A stretch of DNA of 64,000 nucleotides from an uncultured Gammaproteobacteria bacterium (lineage in GTDB: Bacteria > Patescibacteriota > Patescibacteriia > 2-01-FULL-39-33), in the NCBI GenBank assembly GCA_964558935.1, contig CAZLFP010000001.1:5299-69298 (forward strand). Reading direction: 5' to 3'. The number at the start of each line of letters is the position of its first letter. The first letter of the stretch is position 1. Under the pieces are notes generated by a model that worked only from the letters and a program-made list of their open reading frames with translations, did no database searches and was not told the origin of the DNA. Shown here piece by piece: positions 57,976 through 64,000 of this stretch. The position numbers and the translations under genes were made by a program.

Positions 57976-58644
57976 TTAAGGATTTAAATAGTTAACGGTT
58001 AAAATGGCATCTGTCTTGTCTTGGTCTGGCTGTAAATTGAGATGTCCAAATACGCCCTGTTTCCAAAAACCCAAGTTAATTTCATAGTCGGTAATGTTTT
58101 CCTTGTAATTATAATCTGCCTGCGCTAGCTTGGTTTGGTAGTAGTTTAACAGCTCCGACTGTTGTATGTCCAAATCTTGCCAAGCCAAAGCAATGGTTTG
58201 TGTTTGTTTTAAGCTTTGGTTACTTAAAGCATGTTTGAGATCATCTAAGCTTAGTTGTTGGCTGGAAGTGGCAAAATTATTGTAGGTATTAACCAGTTGG
58301 TAGTTTAAATCGTCTGAAATGGCTTCCAGAAGCGGGTTTAAGATCCAATCCGGCAGATAATTGACCAGCTTGAGGATGGCTTGCTGACTGGTTTGAGTAG
58401 AGGCTTCAATTTGAGCCTGGTCAACTTGGTAAATGGCTAAATCGATGGGAAAATTATGGGGCAGATTGTCCACATGCTGCTTAATGGGAGAAATGGCCAG
58501 TTTCAGGCTGGCCAGTGTAGCAATGCCCAGTAACGTGATTAAAATAATCAGACTTAAGACCAAACCAAAACATGACCGACCGGATTTAGATTTGGTTGGA
58601 CGATCTTTTTGTTCATATTTGACTGAGATTGGATCTAAAGGCAT
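57976..58644 (-). CDS. hypothetical membrane-anchored protein
   Basis: N-terminal TM. Co-directional with the TagA-like gene. Confidence 0.4.
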   Translation of the reverse strand: MPLDPISVKYEQKDRPTKSKSGRSCFGLVLSLIILITLLGIATLASLKLAISPIKQHVDNLPHNFPIDLAIYQVDQAQIEASTQTSQQAILKLVNYLPDWILNPLLEAISDDLNYQLVNTYNNFATSSQQLSLDDLKHALSNQSLKQTQTIALAWQDLDIQQSELLNYYQTKLAQADYNYKENITDYEINLGFWKQGVFGHLNLQPDQDKTDAILTVNYLNP

Positions 58645-58683
58645 GGTTGTGTGTTGATATGTATTTTAACAAGTAAACAGTAT

Positions 58684-58712
58684 TTGTAAAAGGTTGACAG
58701 TTATGATGAATA
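58684..58712 (+). promoter_or_regulatory. consensus sigma70 promoter
   Basis: TTGACA at 58684-58689, a 17-nt spacer, then TATAAT at 58707-58712. Confidence 0.5.
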
Positions 58713-58718
58713 ACTGTA

Positions 58719-58998
58719 TAATTTTATTGTGGATGACAGGATGTCATCTACCTTCCCTCCTATGGGCTAACGGGATTCGTCTCGTTAGCCAAGCTATCAA
58801 AGAGCTCAGCTCTTTGTCTCAGATAACAGTCTGACCCTTACCTTGCCTCTGAAACGTTCAGTGGCATGGACTCCGTATGGTTGGGAAGAGTCTAGCATCT
58901 CCTCTTCCCAACCTTCCCCAGCTTCCTCTGCATTGCCTAGCGGCAATGGTCAACCTAGTAGCGAGGATTCACACCGAATCCTCGCTCATTTTTTTTTG
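58719..58998 (+). ncRNA. candidate structured leader/sRNA (~280 nt) ending in a terminator upstream of the radical SAM gene
   Basis: Seven consecutive hairpins, including the 12-bp stem GGTTGGGAAGAG/CTCTTCCCAACC. Terminator GCGAGGATTC-ACACC-GAATCCTCGC + T9 at 58961-58998. Confidence 0.4.
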
Positions 58999-59024
58999 TT
59001 ATTTTTTTATGCTATGATTCAGAT

Positions 59025-59903
59025 ATGCAGCCAGCCAAATTCTATTCCGAGTTAAATTCAGACTGGGTCAAATGCCAGTTATGTCAGCATTATTGCCAGA
59101 TTAAACCCGGTAGTCATGGGCGTTGCCGGGTCAGAGTGAATCGGTCCGGTCAATTATATACTTTGAATTACGGTAAGGTAATTACACAGAGCACGGATCC
59201 AATAGAGAAAAAGCCATTGTATCATTTTTTACCCAATACTCAGACGTATTCGTTAGCTTGTGCCGGGTGTAATTTTACGTGTCGATATTGTCAAAATGCA
59301 GATATTTCCCAGTTTACAACTTCATTAGCTCAGTTCAATGCAACTTTACCTGAGATACCAGCTCAGGATATTGTGGATTTAGCCTTAGTCAATGACTGTC
59401 CGTCGATTGCTTACACATATACCGAACCGACCGTCTATCTGGAATATGCCTGGGAGTGTATGCAATTGGCTCATCAGTCCAATTTAAAGAATGTTTGGGT
59501 ATCTAACGGCTATATGTCTGACTTGGCTCTGCAAGCTATTCTCCCCTATTTGGATGCCATTAATGTGGATTTAAAGTTTTTTCGGGATAAGACGTATTTA
59601 AATATGACAGGTGCTCATCTCCAGCCTGTTTTGGAAACGTTGATGAGGCTTAAGGAAAATGACATACACACTGAAATCACAACTTTGATCATTCCCGGGA
59701 TTAATGATTCAGTTGCAGAAATGACGGATATCGCTAAATTTATTTTTCAAAAATTAGGCCAGTCTACGCCTTGGCATGTCTCAGCTTTTTATCCGACATA
59801 CCAGTTACACAATTTACCTCCGACAGATCCGGAGACGGTATTGAGAGCGCAACAAATCGGTAGGCAAATAGGTCTCAGGCATGTGTATATCGGTAATGTG
59901 TAA
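59025..59903 (+). CDS. radical SAM enzyme, AmmeMemoRadiSam-system AmrS-like (PFL-activase-like)
   Basis: N-terminal C..C..C cluster, CAGCNFTCRYCQN (CxxxCxxC) and DPIEKKPL. Confidence 0.65.
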   Translation: MQPAKFYSELNSDWVKCQLCQHYCQIKPGSHGRCRVRVNRSGQLYTLNYGKVITQSTDPIEKKPLYHFLPNTQTYSLACAGCNFTCRYCQNADISQFTTSLAQFNATLPEIPAQDIVDLALVNDCPSIAYTYTEPTVYLEYAWECMQLAHQSNLKNVWVSNGYMSDLALQAILPYLDAINVDLKFFRDKTYLNMTGAHLQPVLETLMRLKENDIHTEITTLIIPGINDSVAEMTDIAKFIFQKLGQSTPWHVSAFYPTYQLHNLPPTDPETVLRAQQIGRQIGLRHVYIGNV

Positions 59904-59961
59904 ACACAAGAGAAATGACCAGAGTAACGCAAGCTAGGTATTTACGTCTAAATATGGTATA

Positions 59962-61356
59962 ATGCGACTAACAATTAATGATTCCTCTTCTATGCAAAAA
60001 ATATTTAAAATTAGCCTTTTTTCTTTCATTATGTGGTTGGTCATCCAACCTGTTTTAGCGGTTGAATTTGATCCGGATTATTTGATATCTGATTCTGAAA
60101 TGACAGATTACAATTCGATGACCCAGGAGCAGATTCAGAAGTTTCTAGATGAGCAGGAAGGTACTTTGAACAAGTATATTTGTGTGGATAAAGAGGGAGA
60201 GCTCAAAACAGCCTCCCAAACTTTTTATGAAGTCGCTCAGAAATGGATGATTAATCCCAAATACCTGTTGGTTTTGGTGCAAAAAGAAATGAGCTTACTC
60301 TCAGATGAATCCCCCAAACAAACTCAGTATGATTGGGCGACCGGTTACGGCTGTCCCGATGGCTCTGGCTGTGATGCCCGGTGGAAAGGTTTTTACAAAC
60401 AGGTTAATTCCGCCGCCGCTCAAACCAGGTACTACATGGATAATATTCATGAATTCCATTACCAACCTCATCAGACATATACCATCGATAGTTATCGGGT
60501 AACGCCAAAGAATACCGCAACTGCTGGCTTGTATGCCTATACCCCGCATGTAGACTGCGATGGCAAATGCGGTGGTAATGTTTTATTCTGGGATTTATAC
60601 AATAAATTTTTTTCCAAAAAGTGGCCGGACGGAGCTTTATTAATTGCCGATGATGGGTCGAATCCCTTTTTAATTAAGGATGGTAAAAAAAGAGAAATTA
60701 CGTCCAAAGCGGTTTTATTGTCCAGATTCGATCCGGATAATGTTGTAACTGTCAACGGCAATGATCTGGCTTCCTACGACGATGGACCACCCATTGAATA
60801 CTTGAATTTTTCATTGTTGAAAGACTCTCGTGGCAATATCTATATGATAGACGATGACAAAAAGAGAAAGATTCAAAGTGATGAGGTATTTCAAAAGATC
60901 GGCTTCATGGAAGATGAAGTTATCTCAGTCAGCGATTTGGAGCTGGCTCAATATGAAGATGGACCGGAGATTACCAAGTATACGCTGTATCCCTCTGGTC
61001 AGCTGGTCCGGAATACTGAGACTGGAGATATATTTTATTTAATCAGCAGTAAAAAGAGATTAGTGATTAATGATGAAATTAAAAATGCCAATTTTATGGG
61101 CATGACAGTCGAACCTATGGACGCGGGTGAATTGGACAAATACCGAACAGCCAGTGAAATGACTCTGCCTGACGGCTATTTGGTGAAGACGGCGGATTCC
61201 AATACTGTCTATGTCATTTCCAACGGTAAAAGATTGCCCATTTTCAATGCCAAAGTTTTCACTAATATGAAATATGGTTGGGATGTTATTCAAACAGTTT
61301 CCCAACAAACATTGGACGTCCATAAATTAGGGCAGACTATAACCGGTGAGTGGTAA
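59962..61356 (+). CDS. secreted protein with four ~57-aa tandem C-terminal repeats
   Basis: Signal peptide. Repeat consensus ..Y.I..GKKR.I.S..VF...G.....V..VS...L..Y..G. Confidence 0.5.
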   Translation: MRLTINDSSSMQKIFKISLFSFIMWLVIQPVLAVEFDPDYLISDSEMTDYNSMTQEQIQKFLDEQEGTLNKYICVDKEGELKTASQTFYEVAQKWMINPKYLLVLVQKEMSLLSDESPKQTQYDWATGYGCPDGSGCDARWKGFYKQVNSAAAQTRYYMDNIHEFHYQPHQTYTIDSYRVTPKNTATAGLYAYTPHVDCDGKCGGNVLFWDLYNKFFSKKWPDGALLIADDGSNPFLIKDGKKREITSKAVLLSRFDPDNVVTVNGNDLASYDDGPPIEYLNFSLLKDSRGNIYMIDDDKKRKIQSDEVFQKIGFMEDEVISVSDLELAQYEDGPEITKYTLYPSGQLVRNTETGDIFYLISSKKRLVINDEIKNANFMGMTVEPMDAGELDKYRTASEMTLPDGYLVKTADSNTVYVISNGKRLPIFNAKVFTNMKYGWDVIQTVSQQTLDVHKLGQTITGEW

Positions 61357-61368
61357 TAATCTAAACAT

Positions 61369-62160
61369 ATGTCACTTGTGTTTGCTGGCCTTGTGCCACA
61401 TCCTCCAATTTTAATTCCTGCCATTGGTAAAGACAATTTGGACCAGATTGAGAAAACTGAGAAAGCAATGCGTCAAATGGAACAGGAATTGTACAGTACT
61501 AAGCCAGATATTCTGATGATAATTTCTCCTCATGGTGAAATAGATCCGACTGCTTTTACCATTAATTTATCAGATAAATACACCATGGATTTTGAAGATT
61601 TTGGAGATTTTGCGACCAAATTGGAAGCTAAGGGTGAAGTGATTGAAATTACCAGAGCCAAAGAGACAATTGCCGACAAAGTACCCTTGAATATCATTTC
61701 TGAAACAGATTTGGACCATGGCGTTGCTGTCCCCTATTTTTATCTAGCCCAACACTTGGAAAATACGGGTTTGATTCCTGTTCATTTTTCGTTGTTGAAC
61801 AATCAAGCTCACCTCGATTTTGGCAAGGCTTTAAAAGAAGTTATTATGTCGAGCCGCAAAAGAATAGCAGTTATTGCCTCAGGAGATATGTCGCACTGTT
61901 TAACTCAAAACGCACCAGCCGGTTTTAATCCGGCCGGCAAAGAATTCGATGAACTGTTAATTGAATTGCTGAAGCAAGCAGACACCAAAGGTATAGTTAG
62001 CCTGGATTCTAAGTTGGTTGAGCAAGCAGCCGAATGTGGCTACCGATCCATTCTTATCCTACTGGGCATTTTAAATAACATGAGTTATAAAACCGAGGTT
62101 TTGAGCTATGAAGCGCCTTTTGGCGTCGGTTATCTGGTGGCTAATTTAAAACTGACTTAG
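61369..62160 (+). CDS. class III extradiol dioxygenase-like (LigB/Memo superfamily) protein
   Basis: Motifs VPHPPILIP, SPHGE, DHGVAVP and GDMSH. Confidence 0.55.
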   Translation: MSLVFAGLVPHPPILIPAIGKDNLDQIEKTEKAMRQMEQELYSTKPDILMIISPHGEIDPTAFTINLSDKYTMDFEDFGDFATKLEAKGEVIEITRAKETIADKVPLNIISETDLDHGVAVPYFYLAQHLENTGLIPVHFSLLNNQAHLDFGKALKEVIMSSRKRIAVIASGDMSHCLTQNAPAGFNPAGKEFDELLIELLKQADTKGIVSLDSKLVEQAAECGYRSILILLGILNNMSYKTEVLSYEAPFGVGYLVANLKLT

Positions 62161-62426
62161 CTTTCTATTATTTTAAAAAAATATCTCCATCTTTCCCCTT
62201 TCTCGCACAATTCCTTGGTATCGTTTAGAGCTTTTTCCACGATTGTCTTGGGGTACTGTTTACACACCTTAAAGACAGAGTTTCTTTTAAAGCCGGGAAT
62301 GCCCAATTCATCAATAATCCTTAAAGCCAAATCCTGCCACTCATAGGCAGGTGGTTTTTTGTGTTCAAAAGCTTTATTGTTTAACAATAAGTCTTTGATG
62401 TTTTGTGGTCCTTGGTTGATGGGCAT
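62157..62426 (-). CDS. hypothetical protein (89 aa)
   Basis: ORF only; weak SD. Confidence 0.3.
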   Translation of the reverse strand: MPINQGPQNIKDLLLNNKAFEHKKPPAYEWQDLALRIIDELGIPGFKRNSVFKVCKQYPKTIVEKALNDTKELCEKGERWRYFFKIIES

Positions 62427-62503
62427 GTGTATATTTTAACCTTTAGAAATAATTTAGGCAATCAGTATTGACAAATTGGAGAAAAATATTGTATAAATTA
62501 AGC

Positions 62504-62971
62504 ATGTTAGAGGTAATTGTTAATCCCAATCCTATTTTAAGAAAAATGTCACAACCGGTGGCAGATGTTTTGAATCCGGAAATTCAAGAATTAATTCCAC
62601 AAATGATTGAAACAATGCTGGCGGAAGACGGGGTGGGCTTGGCTGCACCTCAGATTGGAAAAAATATTAGGATGGTGGTTATTAGATATGAGGATGAAGA
62701 TTTGACTCTAATTAATCCTCTGGTTGTAACTAAGTCATTCTTTAAAGAATGGGGTGAAGAGGGTTGTCTGTCCGTACCTGGGAAAATAGGAGAAGTTAAA
62801 AGATACAAAAGAGTCAAAGTTAAGTTTCTTGATGCGGAAAATAAAGAACAGATTTTGGAAGCGCAAGGTTTACTGGCACGTATTTTGCAACATGAAATAG
62901 ATCATTTGGATGGTGTCCTGTTTATAGATAAGGCTAGAAAGATCAAAACAGCCGAGACATATCAGGAATAA
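62504..62971 (+). CDS. def: peptide deformylase
   Basis: GVGLAAPQIG, EGCLSVPG and QHEIDHLDG motifs. Promoter TTGACA-17-TATAAA ends ~7 nt before the ATG, so the mRNA is likely leaderless. Confidence 0.85.
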   Translation: MLEVIVNPNPILRKMSQPVADVLNPEIQELIPQMIETMLAEDGVGLAAPQIGKNIRMVVIRYEDEDLTLINPLVVTKSFFKEWGEEGCLSVPGKIGEVKRYKRVKVKFLDAENKEQILEAQGLLARILQHEIDHLDGVLFIDKARKIKTAETYQE

Positions 62972-62987
62972 CAAGTATGATTAAATA

Positions 62988-63908
62988 ATGAGCAGAACTA
63001 AAATCATATTTTTTGGCACTCCGGACTTTGCAGTCCCTTTTTTGGATCATCTGGTTCATGATCCAAACCTGGAAGTTGCTTTGGTTGTAACTCAACCGGA
63101 CAGACCAACCGGCAGAAAACAGATTATTACTCCCCCGCCGGTTAAGGTCTTGGCTCAAGACAAAGGAATTGAAGTCTTTCAGCCCGAAACCCTAAAAGAC
63201 GCCTCTGTTTTAGAAAAAATCAGATCTGTTGACCCGGATCTTGTAGTTGTTGTGGCTTACGGTTTAATCATTCCTCAAAACATCCTAGATATTGCTCCGG
63301 CCATAAATGTCCATCCTTCTCTGCTTCCCAAATACCGGGGAGCTTCTCCGGTTCAATCCGCCATTTTGAATCAAGATGTAGAAACCGGTGTTAGCATCAT
63401 GTTGCTGGATGCAAAAATGGATCATGGCCCCATATTGGCTCAAAAAAGACTTAAATTGAATGGGGTTGAAACTAACTCATCTTTGCATGTTAAATTAGCT
63501 GAAATCGGCAAAATTTTGCTTGTAGATGCCATTAAAGCCTACCTTAAGGGTGAAATTCAGCCTCAGGAGCAAGTTCATAGTCAAGCTACGTATTGTCAAC
63601 AAATTGTCAAAGATCAGGCACGTTTGAATTGGCAGTCTTCAGCAGACCATTTGCAAGCCCAAATCAGAGCCTTTTATCCTTGGCCCGTGGCTTGGACAAC
63701 TCACCAAGGTAAGAGAGTTAAAATCTTTCCACCCACCAAGGTAAATTCCTTAAGTCTCAAGCCGGGGCAGGTCCAACTGCAAAACAACCAAGTTTTAGTT
63801 GGTTGTGGTCAGGCCAGCTTGGAACTGTCTCAGATTCAAGTTGAAGGTAAAACACCTATGGAAGCTAGGACTTGGCTTCAATCCGTAGGTGATCTGACTT
63901 TGGTTTAA
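62988..63908 (+). CDS. fmt: methionyl-tRNA formyltransferase
   Basis: N-terminal formyltransferase motifs (HPSLLPKYRGASPVQ) and a C-terminal domain. def-fmt operon. Confidence 0.85.
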   Translation: MSRTKIIFFGTPDFAVPFLDHLVHDPNLEVALVVTQPDRPTGRKQIITPPPVKVLAQDKGIEVFQPETLKDASVLEKIRSVDPDLVVVVAYGLIIPQNILDIAPAINVHPSLLPKYRGASPVQSAILNQDVETGVSIMLLDAKMDHGPILAQKRLKLNGVETNSSLHVKLAEIGKILLVDAIKAYLKGEIQPQEQVHSQATYCQQIVKDQARLNWQSSADHLQAQIRAFYPWPVAWTTHQGKRVKIFPPTKVNSLSLKPGQVQLQNNQVLVGCGQASLELSQIQVEGKTPMEARTWLQSVGDLTLV

Positions 63909-64000
63909 AGATTAAACCCAGAATGATTAAAAGTAAGATATCTAAGTAGAATTCTTCCCGCAAAAAATAATTGGTGTAGATAGTCATAATAACCACAAAG

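Noticed and set aside
58843-59055. 70-aa ORF spanning the terminator upstream of the radical SAM gene
   Set aside because: It reads through the 10-bp stem and T9 terminator into the next gene start, and it is low-complexity (Ser/Pro-rich). It is more likely part of the structured leader.
1-64000. CRISPR arrays, rRNA genes, tRNA genes, transposases/IS elements
   Set aside because: I saw no regular repeat-spacer arrays, no rRNA-like conserved stretches and no convincing cloverleafs by eye. The only mobile-element-like gene is the single tyrosine recombinase, with no inverted repeats or transposase nearby.

Overview
This is a low-GC (by eye ~35-40%), tightly packed bacterial chromosomal window, mostly on the + strand, encoding housekeeping functions. 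These include a MacAB-type ABC exporter, FtsW/RodA, ribosomal proteins (L25, L31, S2, the S13-S11-S4-RpoA-L17 and L13-S9 clusters, IF-1, L36), EF-Ts, RF1+PrmC, GAPDH, SecD/SecF, MnmA, Def/Fmt, and Ala/Phe/Lys/Ser/Glu tRNA synthetases. The truncated RpoA, short AlaRS, DUF3048 protein and CarS-like gene suggest (inference) a reduced-genome lineage, possibly Patescibacteria/CPR-like. I found no rRNA, tRNA or CRISPR array by eye. Several intergenic gaps contain consensus sigma70-like promoters (TTGACA-17-TATAAT) followed by hairpin-rich transcripts and intrinsic terminators; I count at least seven candidate small or structured RNAs, including a ~600-nt structured region at 34.8-35.4 kb. About a dozen small GC-elevated orphan genes with strong Shine-Dalgarno (SD) sites and their own promoters are scattered through the window. 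The hunt findings are listed below in order of interest, led by a membrane protein + HerA/FtsK-like ATPase with zinc ribbon. No function here is experimentally established, and all coordinates and structures were worked out by eye.
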